This document shows, piece by piece, positions 10,501-25,500 of a stretch of 64,000 bases of DNA. This DNA is from Lytechinus pictus (taxonomy: Eukaryota), in the NCBI RefSeq assembly GCF_037042905.1, contig NC_087247.1, positions 10,292,001 through 10,356,000 of the forward strand, written 5' to 3'. Under the pieces are notes generated by a model. It did no database searches, was not told the DNA's origin, and was given only the letters and a program-made list of their open reading frames with translations. The first letter of the stretch is position 1. Each line of letters starts with the position of its first letter. A program made the position numbers and the translations under genes.

Positions 10501-13500
10501 AGATATTTTGATTTAGGTTTAATTCTCAGCGACAAAGCATAGCGAGCAAGCGGTTTTGAAAAAAAGATCAATTCTGAAGTTGTAAAACTTGATTTATGGT
10601 CAATAATGGGGCTAATCATTGTTAAAAGGGCATCCTTGCGCAATGTTGCCAGCGCGAACCACCAGCTCAAACTTCTTGACATGTCGTGTAATAAGACATG
10701 GAAATTAAATATTCTGAGCTGGTTTTGTAATCATAAAAAAGATGTGTATCTAATTTCTAACTAAAAATAACTTTACGTTCGCTAAATTTTTTTATATACT
10801 GAGAGTAAAGGAAGCAGTTAATTACTGCATTTTAAATAGGATACATAACTCACCAATAAAAATAATGCGAGCGCAAAGCGCGAGCTTAAAAATTTGTGAT
10901 ATTCCTACCTGAAAACTGGACATTCTAAGCATTTTTTTTGTGAACGGGAATAGAACAAGTATTGATGCGAGTGCAGGAAGCGAGCCAAAAATTTGTGATA
11001 TTCCAACCATAAAGCAACATTCTATACATTTTTGTAACCATGAGCAGGATTAGTACTGTACTAAACAATAATTGATGCAAGCACGATTCAAAATCTGTGA
11101 TTTTCGAACCTAAAATGTATATGTTTTATTATCAAAGAAGGTATATTTCTTTTTTAAAAAGGGCATATTTCATTTGGAAAAGAAAAAAAAATCCTACAGG
11201 GATTTTTTTTTTTGGGGGGGGGCAAGAGAGCACTTAAAGCGCAAGCTAAAATTTTCAAATGCTTAAACTGAAAATGAGTCATTTTTAGGACTCTTGTCAG
11301 TTTTCATATTTTTTCTGCTTACAACCACTTTTAAATTTCAATTCTCATTTCTTGTATATTCTACACTTATTTTACCTTAAAAAAAACAGAATAAAGAATA
11401 CTAGCAAAATAAAGTTATATTCAAAAGGATATAAAACAAAAAGGGCGCACCCCATACCCTTGGTTGGGAGAGGGTAAATTTTAATTATTTCTTTAAACAG
11501 TTAATCAATCATTAATTATTAATACTTATTGATAATATTAATAATTATTGATTATTCAATTTTTTTTTTTATTAATTATTATTTCTTGAAACCATATTGG
11601 CACAAAAACAAATACGTTGTTTATTTCCTTGAAACTGTAGAGAAATGAAATTCACATTAGTACTAGGCATTAGACAGGTCCAGATTTGAGGTAAAGTTAA
11701 TGCGCTAGCCTAAGCGAGCCCTAGCCTAGCACATTTCTTGCCATTAATGGCAGCTAGTTTGATAAGTGTTTAAGAATTGGATATATATTATATATATAGA
11801 TCTAAGCCTATAAGGCCTATGTAACTATGTAAGGGTACCGGTAATTTGACGATGCTAATTCATTGTGAGCAACTGAACGTGAATGCTTACGACCGGCACT
11901 GGTCGAGGCCAAGTCCACGCGCATGCGTACTCTTAATCCGAAGAAGCAAGTCATGAATATTCATATGTTGGTCCAGAACTCGGTGGGAAAAATAATTTCG
12001 CCCCCCCGCCCAGTGCTAATCCACTTCAGTAGTTCAGTAGTTCGATCCAAGAATGGGTCATATCAAAGAATTTTTAAAATGGGAACGATGATAAGTATTG
12101 ATCATGCCAAAGACACCATGAATGATAAATAGTCCGGGTTATAATTGAGCAAGGTGCCACAAGAAAAAGGAGAAATTTTCATATAGTGCTTCTAGACCAG
12201 TTTTTTACGCTGAATATGAATATATGAGGTAACCAGGCTGTATCCTGAAAATTAACCCGTGAGGGCGCTTTTTTCAAAATGGCCGCCAAATTTTCAGAAC
12301 ATTTGAATTTTCGTACATAGATTTTGACATGAATATTCCATTGCCACGAAATTAGTGTCATATGAAAGACAAATAAATTTTCTACAATTTGGTACTATTT
12401 ATAGGGGATAAGTAGGTCATTTGGCTGAGATTTTAAGTAGAAAACTGCATTTTTTGTCATTTTTTCCCAAAAATTGAAAATTTTGCAAATACATGATTTT
12501 ACATAATTCTGAGAAAAATGAATGAATTACCCTGAAATGTTCCAGAAAACTTTATTGACATACTATTATCATGTGGATGAAATTCCAACTCTGTATCATT
12601 CTTCTTAGCAAATTTATAAGGTATCAAACTTGAATACTTCAATTTCAGAAATGTCGCTTTTTGTATGCATTTCCATAGACTAATACGTATAACATGTACT
12701 GTACATGTATAATATGTATAATGTATAGTTTAATAAAATTTAAATGCAATTATCTCCGCTTTTTAACCACTTGGAGAGTTAAGAGTAGGCTTTTCTCTAG
12801 CAGCTACATAAAACAAAATGTTGGCACATCGAGGCCTAACACTCTCATGGGGTGGGGGTGTCGAAGCCCCCCCCCCCACCCCCTTTGGCTATATCATGTT
12901 GTTGTATATTGCCTATTTATTGGAAAATCATTATTTTTTTAAGCACCCATCGAGGCAAAAGGCATTTCTGCTATACAGTACAGCCACTTTAATTACTTTG
13001 AAACCACTTGGAGAGGAAAAGAGTAAGCTTTGTCATGTTTGTTCTACCAGCTATATCAAAAGAAGTGGCACGTACATCGAAGCCAACCCCTCTCGGGGGG
13101 GGGGGGGGGAGGGCGCTGGGAAAGTCACCCCTCCCCCTTTTGCTTATTGCCAATGTATTTGGAAATTCACCATTTTGGACCCAACATTGAGGCAAAAAAG
13201 CGTTTGTGCTTAATAGTATTTTATTAATTTTGAGAGAGTAGAGTTTGTTCTACCAGCTACATAAATAAGCGCTAGCACATCGAACCCTAGCCCTCTCAGG
13301 GGCTGTCTAAGTCACCCCCTCCTCTATATCATGTATGTTGCCTATTTATTGGAAATTTCACCATTTTGGATCACCCATTGAGGCATAAGGGCGTTTCTAT
13401 ATCATACAGCCAATTTTATTTTCTTGCAATTACTTTGAGAGAAAAGCGTAGGCTTTGCTCTATCAGCTACAAACTATTAAGAAGCGCTGGCACATCGAAA

Positions 13501-16500
13501 AATATCCCTCTCAGGGGCTGTCTAAGTCAACCCCTCCCCCTCTATATCATGTATATTGCCTATTTATTGGAAATTACACCATTTTGAATCACCCATTGAG
13601 GCAAAAGTGCGTTTCTACTATATAGCCAATTTCATTTTCTTGCAATGACTTGGAGAGGAAAGAGTAGGCTTTGCTCTATCAGCTGCATATAAACAAGTGC
13701 TGGCAAAGAAAAGCCTACCCCTTCCGGGATGCTGTTAAAATCACCCCATCCCTTTTGCATTATAGCATATTTATTGAAAAATTCACCATTTTGGAGCCCC
13801 CATTTAGGCAAAAAGGCGTTTCTGATATAGTTCTGCCACTTTTACTGCCTTGAAACCACTTAGGGAGGAAAGAATAGGATTTGCTTTATCAGCCACATAT
13901 AAAGAAGTGCTGGCAAATAAAAGCCTACCCCCTCCGGGAGGCTGTTGAAATCACCCCACCCCTTTTGCATTATTGCCTATTTATTGGAAAATTCACCATT
14001 TGGGAGCCCCCATTTAGGCAAAAAGGCATTTCTGATATAGTTCTGCCACTATTACTGCCTTGAAACCACTTAGGGAGTAAAGAATAGGTTTTGCTTTATC
14101 AGCTACATAAAAAGATGTGCTGGCAAATAAAAGCCTACTCCCTTTAGGGGACTGTCAAAATTACCCCCCCCCTTGAAATTCACCATTTTGGAGCCTCCAT
14201 TGAGGAAAAAAGGCGTTTCTGATATATAGTTCTGCCACTTTTAAATCCTTGAAACCACTTAGGGAGGAAATAATAGGTTTTGCTTTATCAGCCACATATA
14301 AAGAAGTGCAGGCAAACAGCAGGAGGCTGTCGAAATCACCCATCCCTTTTGCATTATTGCCTATTTATTGAAAAAATCACCACTTTGGAGCCCCCATTGG
14401 GGCAGATAGTCATTTCTGATTATGTTTCTGCCTTTTTTCACCCTTGAAAACTCTTGGAGAGAAAAAATAGGCTTTGCTTTAACAGCTACATATAAAGACA
14501 TGCTCGCAAATAAAAGCCTATCCCCATTAGAGGGCTGTTGAAATCACCCCACCCCTTTTTCATTATTGCTTATTTATTGGAAAATTCACCATTTTGGAGC
14601 CCCCATTGAGGCAAAAAGGCGGTTCTGATATATAGTTCTACCACTATTACCGCCTTGAAACTACTTAGAGAGGAAAGAGTAGGCTTTCCTCTAACAGCTA
14701 CATATAAAGAAGTGGCTCTACTATATACCAGAAACACTTTTTTGCCTCAATGGGGCTCCAAAATGGCGAGTTTTCCAATGAATTGGAAAAAATCGTTAAA
14801 AAGGTGGGGTAACATCTATATAGTCCCCTGAAGTGGGTCAGGTCTCGATATATGGCAGCAATTCGTTATATATAGCTGAAAGATGGGAACCTACTCTTTC
14901 CTCTCCAAGTGGTTTCAAGAAAATGAAATTGGGTGTTTTATACAGCAGAAGTGCATATCGCCTCAATGGGGGCTCAAAAATTGTGAATTTTCAAATAATT
15001 AGGCAATAATGCAAGAGGGGTGGGGTGATTTGACAGCCGCCAAGATAGGTAAGCTTCAATGTGCCAGCACTTCTTTGTAGAGCAAAGCATATTCTTTCCT
15101 CCTTAATTGGTTTCAAGGCAGTAAAAGTGGCAGAACTTTATATGGGGGCTCAAAAAAGGTGAATTTCCAATAAATAGGTAATAACGCAAAGGGGTGAGGG
15201 GGTGATTTCGACAGCCCCCAGAAGGGGGTAGGCTTTTATTTGCCAGCACAAAATTGTGTAGCTGATAGAGCAAAGCCTATTCTTTCCTCTCTAAGTGGTT
15301 TCAAGGCAATAAAAGTGGCAGAACTATATATCAGAGACGCCTTTTTGCTTCAATTGGGGCTCCAAAATGGTGAATTTTCAACAAATAGCCAAAAACCGAA
15401 AATTAGTGGGGTAACTTCTACAGCCGCTTGAAGGAGATACGCTTTGATTTGCCAACACTTCTTTATATGTAGCTGATAGAGCAAAGCCTACTCTTTCCTC
15501 TCCAAGTCATTGCTAGGAAAGAAATTTGCTGTACTATGTAGTAGAAACGCCCTTTGCCTCAATGGGTGATGCAAATTGTGACTGTCCAATAGATAGTCAA
15601 TTACCGAAAATTGGTGGGGTAAATTCTACAGCCCCCTGAACATTCTGAAGGGGATAGGCTTTGATTTGCCAACACTTCTTGATATGTAGCTGATAGAGCA
15701 AAGCCTAATCTTTCCTCTCCAAGTCATTGCAAGAAAATAAAATTGGCTGTACTATATAGTAGGAACGCGCTTTTGCCTGAATGGGTGATCCAAAATGGTG
15801 AAATATCCAATAAATCGGCAATATACATGATATAGAGGGGGGGGGGTGACTTAGACAGCCCATGAGAGGGTTAGGGTTCAATGTGCCAGTGCTTATTTAT
15901 ATGTAGCTGGTAGAACAAACTCTACTCTCTCCTCTCTAAGTGGTTTCAAATCAATAAAATGTGGTGTACAACAAAGCACAAACGATTTTTGGCCTCAATG
16001 TTGGGTCCAAAATTGTAAATTTTCAAATAAATTGGCAATATTAAGCAAACCCCCCCCCCCGAGAGGGGTAGGCTTCGATGTGCCACTTTGTATGTAGCTG
16101 GTAGAACAAAGCCTATATACTCTTTCCTCTCCAAGTGGTTTCAAAGCAATCAAAGTGACTGTACTGTATAGCAGAAATGCCTGTTTTTGCTTCAATGGGT
16201 GCTCCAAAAAACAGAGATCTTTCCAACAAATAGGCAATATACAACAACATGATATAGCCAAGGGCAAGGGGGGTGACTTCGACACCCCCACCCCATGAGA
16301 GGGTCAGGCCTTGATGTGCCAACATTTTGTTTTATGTAGCTGATAGAGAAAAGCCTACTCTTAACTCTCCAAGTGGTTAAAAAGCGGAGATAATTGCATT
16401 TAAATTTTAAACTATTTTAAACTATACATTATACATGTACAGTACATGTTATACGTATTAGTCTATGGAAATGCATACAAAAAGCGACATTTCTGAAATT

Positions 16501-19500
16501 GAAGTATTCAAGTTTGATACCTTATAAATTTGCTAAGAAGAATGATACAGAGTTGGAATTTCATCCACATGATAATAGTATATCAATAAAGTTTTCTGGA
16601 ACGTTTCAAGGTAATTCATTCATTTTTCTCAGAATTATGTAAAATCATGTATTTGCAAAATTTTCAATTTTTGGGAAAAAATGACAAAAAATGCAGTTTT
16701 CTACTTAAAATCTCAGCCAAATGACCTACTTATCCCCTATAAATAGTACCAAATTGTAGAAAATTTATTTGTTTTTCATATGACACTAATTTTGTGGCAA
16801 TGGAATATTTATGTCAAAATCTATGTACGAAAATTCAAATGTTCTGAAAATTTGGCGGCCATTTTGAAAAAAGCGCCCTCACGGGTTAATTTTCAGGATA
16901 CAGCCTGGTTACCTCATATATTCATATTCAGCGTAAAAAACTGGTCTAGAAGCACTATATGAAAATTTCTCCTTTTTCTTGTGGCACCTTGCTCAATTAT
17001 AACCCGGACTAAAAGAATGTGATGCAAAGCGGTCTTTTTTTGTTTCATTCAAGTCAAAGTTAACCCTATTGTAAAAGTAAACCTACTATGGATTAAGATT
17101 TTATTTCAATACCGGTTTCGCAAAATTAAACCGCATGTGCTCAAAATAAAGGGACTTGATTTTGAGAGTATATTTGATCCTTCACCCAGATGAATCTCAT
17201 CTTACTTTTATCAATCAGGTGGGTGTTTCAGAAAGCTGTTCTTAAAGTTACGCACAACTTTACGCACGACTGGAACATGTTCTTAGGTCATAAATCAATT
17301 CTATAGGGATATCACATAGCACAAGAAAGGATCACCAGTCGTGCGTAAAGTCATTTGTATCTTACAAACAGCTTTATGAAACACCCTCCTGATATACCAA
17401 CAATTCTTCCTTAAATTTATCAAACACAGCACTGTAGACACGACCATGTTCACCACCCTCCCGACCAACGAAACGGAACAGGAGATATTCTCCAACATCC
17501 AGGACATCCTGGCGCAGATCGACGAGTACTGCTCCCCCGGGGGACGGGGGTACACGACGGCCACGCCCCACAACCAGACCCAAGATTCGGCCGAGGAAAC
17601 AGATATCCTCACCACGGGAGACAGCGGCACCCACCCCACGGAGCCGCCCAACATGCGGTACACCACCTCCCTCTTTGGTACGACGGAGAACGTCCCTTAC
17701 GTGGATTTCCCCCACCTCGACCCTAAAAGGTATCATCATGTCAGTTTGGGTTAGAACGCACTATGAAAATGCATTATTAAAATTTTGTTTTCTATACGTT
17801 TATAATATTGTATGCATTTTGTATTTAATTAAATGATCTGTAGAGAAATAATGAATAAAGTCTCTCTCTTTCTTTTTTTTTTGGTGGGGGGGGGGGGGCA
17901 TCAATAGTTGGTTGAAACGTGATTATTTAATTATTAATGTCCGATACTACCTCATTGCGGACTTACACTGTAAAAAATTTAGGGTAAAATATTAACCAGC
18001 ACGAGGGTAATTATGTGTCCAACCAATTTTATTCTATTTGGGGCATTATTTTTCCCATGCGGGAAGCATAATCCCGTAAGGACAAGCAGCAATTACTTTC
18101 GAATGGGCAAAATTCTCATCACACTGGATAAAGAAAATTGCCCTAAAGAAATGCCCAATGTTGGTTGGACACATAATTACCTTGGGCCTGTTGCATAAAA
18201 CTCTTTACCTGAGAAAACTCTGGTAAAAAACTGGAAACTAAGGTTAGTCTGATTTCTGCCATTGACTTTAACACAGGGCAAAAACTCCGGTATAAACAAC
18301 CTGAGTTTTCTCAGGTAAAAAGTTTTATGCAACGGGCCCAAGTTTATGGAGCATTTTTACCCAATATTTTTTTTAGAGTGTAGAGGTATATGATTTGACA
18401 AAAAACTTGTCTACCCCCCAAAAAAAAATATCTCACATGGACAGGTTCTTAGTTCATATCTACTGCTGATTCTGGCGGGTGCATCATGAAGCTGTTCGTA
18501 TAAAAACGACTTTACGCACGACTGGAACATGTTCATGCCACTGTAAAAACTGTGGTGTTAAAACTGACACCAATTGGTGTTAATAGAGGACCACACCCTG
18601 AGGTGTTAAAATACCCCCCTAGAGATTGAACATAACACCAAAGAGTGTAAATGTAACAACCATAGGTGTTGTAATAACACCTATAGGTGTAAAACTAACA
18701 CCACCAATTTAACACCGGTGTAAAATAACTGGTGTGGTCTTCTATGTACACCGGTTAACACCACAGTTTTTGCTGTGTGATATCATAAACATTAGACAAA
18801 TTCTATTTCATGTATTAACTTGATATTTATTCAGGGATGGTGTGGTTTTGTCATTTCTTGGTACATACGGAGGACTAACTCGGATATACCACAACCCAAA
18901 TATGGACTACATGTTTCCGTAAGTTTTACAGCTTTTTTTGCACTTTAATCTGAATTTTATAAAAAGTATAAATGTGGCTTAAAGTGGTTAACTGGCACAA
19001 ACTTTTCTTTAGAATGATGCAAACTTGTAAATAAAAATTATATGGTTTCACGAAAAACACCTTCTTAAGTAATTAGAAATATTAGGTTTTGAGGAAAACC
19101 CTTTTAATCTAACAAAGTTATTTTATCAGTGACTAAAGAGTCGCCTTAACCAACTTTGGTGTGTTTTCGTTTTCTTTTCTTATTTTTTCGAAATCAATTT
19201 GACGACTTCAGTTATTTACGCAGATAGAGTTTGGAAGATCAATTAAGTAAGTAATTCATGCAAAACAAATAGTAGGCCCATTTCCATTTTTCTCTGCTAT
19301 TCTAATACACTATATACTTTCAAAATATATATGTACTTTCTTAATTTCTTTGTTTGTTTGTCCGTTAGAAGTAAAATTCTTCTCAAATGATAATGTTTCT
19401 GTCAGGGATTTCTCAAGCAAAGATCAGCAAAACACCATCGAGGAGGATTACTTCAGACGACCGGTAGATGAAATCAACGAGGGATTTATTTATTCTGTCC

Positions 19501-22500
19501 CATTCGATACGGATTCGGGTATGTAAAAATAAGCTTTGTATCCAGAAGATATACCACATATACATCCTATTAATTACTATTAATCTACTTTTAATTTCTT
19601 GCTCAATCATATTGCTATTGACAAGTTTATAAGCTATTTTATGAAATGTTTTCTCAACGATATGTTTCGAATTTCATTGATCACCGTTAATTAAATAGAC
19701 CACTCTACATGAATATCTCTTCCTTTCGTCATGTTGTATTTGTGTGTGCGTTTTAATTTAATGAATGAAATATTTCTTTCATTATTTGCGCCATTCTCTT
19801 TAGTGGCGTATCTCGAGCGAGGGGGGCCTCGGTGCCATTTTTACGGACGCAAAAAAGCAAGCAATTTTTTTTTAAGAAAAGAAAAAAAAAGATATAAGGG
19901 GAAAGAAATAAAAAAAAAACCACTAATCTAAAATTAATCTGTCGAAGAAGCAGTAGCCAGTATCAAAGCTTAAAAGGGGTGCAGTTTCACGGCCGCTAGC
20001 ACAAAATTTAGAAAAGTGCATAATTCTCGAGGTTTGCCCTGGGCGCTTTTTTCCTAGGTAGATAATTAGATATTCATGTCAATGTGTTATTTGTTTTAAG
20101 AAATGCAATGAACCATGGATAAGACTGCATTTTCATTCCATTTTTATTTATCAACAGATTATATGTTTTACAGTGATCCCTTAGTGACTGCGAGCACAGC
20201 AATACACGTGAATAAAGACGGTTCCTCCTTTGTAACAGCTGGTAAGGCTTTGATGTAGTAAATCTCAAATCCACCCGAATAACAAGTTTAGTAATAAGAA
20301 TGATAGTTATGATATTTTTTTTATGTAGTGCTTAATCAATTGGAATTTTTAAAGCGGATTCTTACTTGCCCACATCCTACACAATGTATGCCCTTTCTCC
20401 ACTAGTTGGGAGCATTCCAGCAATAGTCCCCAAGTGCTAGAAAATCTTTTTAATAGAATGTTAAGTATTGTTCTTGTTTTATTTCTCTTTCATTCTATTA
20501 AATTGTGATTGCCATTGCCTTAAAACAACCTTATATAGATTTTTTTTTTTTTAGGGGGGGGGGGAACTATTCTGTATACATCTGTTAACAAAATCCTTGT
20601 GGATTGATATTTCAATTTCAATTTATTGACCATTAAAAATTTAAACCTAGATAATTTATTATCTAGGTATGTGGAATGACTGTGTGTGAGGGGGGGGGGG
20701 GGGGTGGGGGCGGGGCGGCAATATCCAAGGAGATGTAAAAAGACTTAAATCTGCTACTTCGTTTTCAATTTTTTCTATTTTTTTTCCTTAGCTGCCGGCT
20801 ACCAGTTTCTTGGAAGTGCCTTAAAAGAATTATTTTTCAACATAACAAGCTATCAGGTAAAAAAAAAGCCACTCTTGTTTTCCTTTTTTACATATGTTCT
20901 TTATTCTTTATAGATGATCGATGATTTATAAAAGGATTTTTTGTTCTAAATTTGTATTAAATGCATCTTTTCATTTTTCTTGAACTTTTTCAAGTATTCC
21001 TAAATACCTTTCTTGTAATTTTCTAGTAAACATTGCTTCGTTTTGATTACGGTTTTACGATCTGCATAATCTTAATTCGTGTAACTTTTCTAATTGATTG
21101 GTTTGATTGATTGGTGGTGATTTTTTACCTGATTACTAAGAAAACATATAAATGCTTGTAAGCAAGCAACCAGAGGACCGACGGCTTAAGGTCCTCTCCG
21201 AAGGACCTGGTACTTAGGATTAATGCCTTACCAAGGGCACTAGCGCACCAAGTGGGAATCGAACCTGGGTCACCGGAATACGAATCCCCCGCTCTACCGA
21301 CTGAGCTATAGCGCCTCCTCCTAAACTGCCTTATTTCAGAATCGTTTCTGTACTCTGAATTTTGTTGTCATATTTTGTATAATAATATGATAAATTATCT
21401 ATTTCTTAATTTGTTTGCAGTATGACGAAGACTGTGGCTATGACTGCACACCGTCGTGTTATAATGACGTAAGAATAGTAGTCTCTTATAACTTGTTTGT
21501 ATCATTATCATGAGTATTTATATTCATCTCTTCCGTGCTAGATTATGCAAACAGATGTCATGATGATATTTTTTCTCTTGCAATGTATCCCTATACTCCT
21601 GTCTGTATCTTGCTGATGGAGCTAAGATACAGAGATACTGATGTTATTGAGAAAACGTGTATTGGTATAATTTTACCGCACTTTTACTGCAATTCTAAAG
21701 AGAGGGTGTTGGTTTGTTTAAAACAGGGTTTTCACTCCCAAATTATTATTTTTTTAATGACAAGCAAAAAAGTATGTGGGTGTGTGTGTGTGTGTGTGTG
21801 TGTGTGGGGGGGGGGTGTTGCTCCCAAAATCATCTCTGCAATATCCCCACATTTCCCAGGGCCGTGGACAAGTGTGGATTAACTGTACATTTCACATGCT
21901 ATGCTAGGTCGATAGTATATTTCACTGTCTTACAGACGTGTAATCGAATATTGAAATATGTAATGAATTGTAATTTCTTAGTGGTCATTTATTGTTGTAC
22001 CTAATATCATCTGTCTCTTTTTGATCAAATATTATTTTTTATGCAGAGTGTAGAATGCTTCCTTATCGATAATAATGGATACATCGTCGTTTCGAAGGAC
22101 GAGGGACAGGTAACTATATTCTGCCATGTATTATCATCCCTACACTTTTGATAATGGGGAAAATTGTCCTCTTTTCATTGAATTTATTGTGATATACATA
22201 CAATTTTATAAGCTGGTAATTAATTAAAAGGAAATCATACACTTTATTTTACAAGTCTCATATTCATGCAATTTCCATCATACAATTTCATCTGTGAGCG
22301 GTACAGTGTGGTGAATTCACATTAATAAAAAAAAAACTAATGCAGCACTCCAAATTTCCTAAAATGAATATGGAAGAACAAAGAAATAGATAATATACAA
22401 GACAGATTGATTTATTGGATTGACATTGTTTAAGGTCTAATCTTGGATTCATCCCTTAATCTAAGGAATTTAGATTTTACATGAAACACGCAGTTTTAGT

Positions 22501-25500
22501 GAGTTTCATTTACTGAACAGATATTATTTATGAACTATTCGATTATTGATATTGAACTACTACATTATTTTTTTATTTGTCAATTTTTATTGAATATAGA
22601 AATACATTATTGTTAGTGAAAACTAAAACTATTGATAGAAAATAGATTTATTTGTAGAACTTTGAACAAATGATATTGATCTTGGGCATTACATATTATG
22701 TTAAACATCTTCATTATTTATAAACTAGGGATATTGAACTTGTGAACTTAAAAACTACTCATATTTATCATTTGGACTATTAACTATTGATAATGAATAC
22801 CTATTTATATATATATTTTTTTCATTATGCAGGTGGGGACACATTTCGCCATGTATTCACAGAACTTGCGATTATTTGACAAACTTGTCAGCGACAACAT
22901 ATTCCAAGAGTAAGTTCGATTTCCATCCCATCTCAATAAATCTGGAACCCCGCGCTCTTGAATATCATGATTATTTGAGAGAGAGATTCTGGTCTCCCTC
23001 ATTCATCTAATATACAATGAATCATTATTTAAAATAATTTAAATTTCAACCTATAAGGTCATAAAATCTTATAAATAAATAAATAATAATAATATAGGAT
23101 TTGTATAGCTCACGTATCCACCTTGCTAGGTGCTCAATGCGCTCCTATATTACCCCGGCTAAGCTAGTCTACCGATTTTTGTGTACACAGTTTTTTTTTT
23201 GGAGGAATTACTTCCTGCCGGTACCCATTTACCTTACCTGGGTCGAGTGCAGCACAGTGTGGAAAAAATTCTTGCTTATCTCATCCTTATTCTTATCTCA
23301 TACTTATCCTGTTTTCACCATTTGTTATTACTTAAGATTTATTTCACAGGAGCCCACAATTCTACAAGCTTGCTTTTATGTAGATCCCATCATATTTTTT
23401 TTTACTTAAATTAATTTAAAACTTTATTACTTTCCATTAGTTTGTAGTTGTATATATTGTATTGTTGTAGCTTTCTTTTTTATAATGTCAAAAAATGTCA
23501 AACGAGAAATATGAAAATAAATGACATCAACATTTATATTTGATATGAATTGGCGTGCACCATTCGTAATTTTGTCTTCTACGATAACACTTCCCCCTGC
23601 ATTGGTAAACAATAAAGTTCCCTAAGCTTTTTAACCTTAACTACCCAAAAAATCTTTATTATATTGAGAAAATCCGAAATACATGTATTTCATATTTTAT
23701 GTAATGAAATAAAAAAAAAATAGAAAAATAATGAGTCGGGGAAACAATCAGTTCCCTATAGTGGCATACTGCCTTTGCTGTAAATAGGGAATACAGTTGT
23801 TTTGTGAAATTAATTGAAAATTTTAAATGTCACGACTTTTTTATGTCACATCCAATTTTTAAGGAAATTTTCAGCGAAATACTGATTCAGTTTGTCTTTA
23901 TTTATACAAATCAACTTGGCGTTGGTTTAACTTTGGTCTTTTCTTACACAGACACTATGTGCATATCACTTTATTTCTTTATCATTTCAAAGCCCGGTTT
24001 CAAAGACTTCATGTGTCATTGATAATTATGCACCAAAGGTTTATTTACGATTATTAATAATAAGATTCTCAATTTCTTCACAGTTCCTTAGAAATGTATC
24101 CAAAAGATTTTTATGAATTTGTTTTCTTACGTCTTTTTTCCCCCTTCAGAATAACAGTAGTAGATTACCAAGGGATGTGTCAGCGTAATTTCACTGTAAG
24201 CGCCGCACCAACACTTCATAACGTGAGTCTAGCATATAACGCCTTTTACTTGAAAAAATATGATAAGAAGTAGAAATATTTATCACCTATCTACATTTCA
24301 AATGAAAATAGTAATGGGATGAGCATATCCAGGAGGACATCGTACGAATTTTTGTGTTTGGTATCAGATAGCCACATACTAAGCCATTCAGACTGAGAGG
24401 CCATACGGAGATCTTACGATGTATCCGGGCTGATCGCACGATGCTCATATATTGTACGATGTCCGTGTGCTGATCGTACGATGACCCTACGATGTAATTA
24501 ACTTGGAAAATTTTGTGAAACTCCCCGCTTAACAAATTCATAGACCCTGTGATGATCGTGAATCCGTACGAGCATCGTACTGTCATCGTATGCCACCCTA
24601 GTAATGAGATCGTACGATTTGCAGGATACGATCATCCTAAAGGCACCCTACGACGATCGTAAAACCAAATGTAAGCGGGGTATAATTCATAAACACGAAA
24701 AGAAACAACGAAAAAAAGAACTCCGACCGTATGTTTTTAAAACTCCTATCCATATGCATGTAGAATTATCACTGAGAGGCAGCTTGGGCAACCTTTTCTA
24801 ACGTCACCAAGATGTATAGATTATCTATATTTTTATTATTGGATGAGTGTTGATTTTTGAAGTGTCACGTTATGATGTGCCATAGATTCAACTAGACCGA
24901 GATTGGGCAATTCTGTCGCTGTTTTGATCTGTTTTAAAATTAGTTTATTAGAGGCTTTCTTCTTCTGTGTACTGTATTAAGATAGAGATCTCACCATGCA
25001 CTTCATTCAAGGATTGTACATGTAATCTTTCAAGTGGAAAGAAAATGGATGGAATGTTGGGGCAGCTGAATGATTAAAATGAAGCTGTGCCCCAAGCTGC
25101 GCATTCTTCTAATGTTTGCTATTAATTGTCATTCACAGTCTGTCTCTCCACCCCCTCTCCACCTGATCAGGATTCTATACATATTACTGATGATGTCATG
25201 TTTTATCTCGTTTGCAGACATTATCTAATATCATGTCAATTTTCACTTGGCTGGCCAATCAATTCATAGTGTAAGTATATTATTTTATTCTTGATTCTCT
25301 CATTAGTCAGCTTTTAGATTTACATCATAAATTCTAAAATGCGCTGATCTTCTATAAAAAAATAAATGAAAGCTATGTAAATATAAGAAAATAATTAAAT
25401 TCATTTCATAATTCAAGCCTATATTCACCCCCGTCCATGCTTTCCGAATACTCGTGGTTGTGTTTTGGTGTGTGAGGGTGTGTGTGCAATTCATATGTGT

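Noticed and set aside
12694-16325. Cluster of 60-130 aa ORFs
   Set aside because: They derive from the 210-bp tandem array and contain no transposase motifs.
21240-21317. tRNA gene
   Set aside because: Poor acceptor and anticodon pairing, and it continues into a SINE core.
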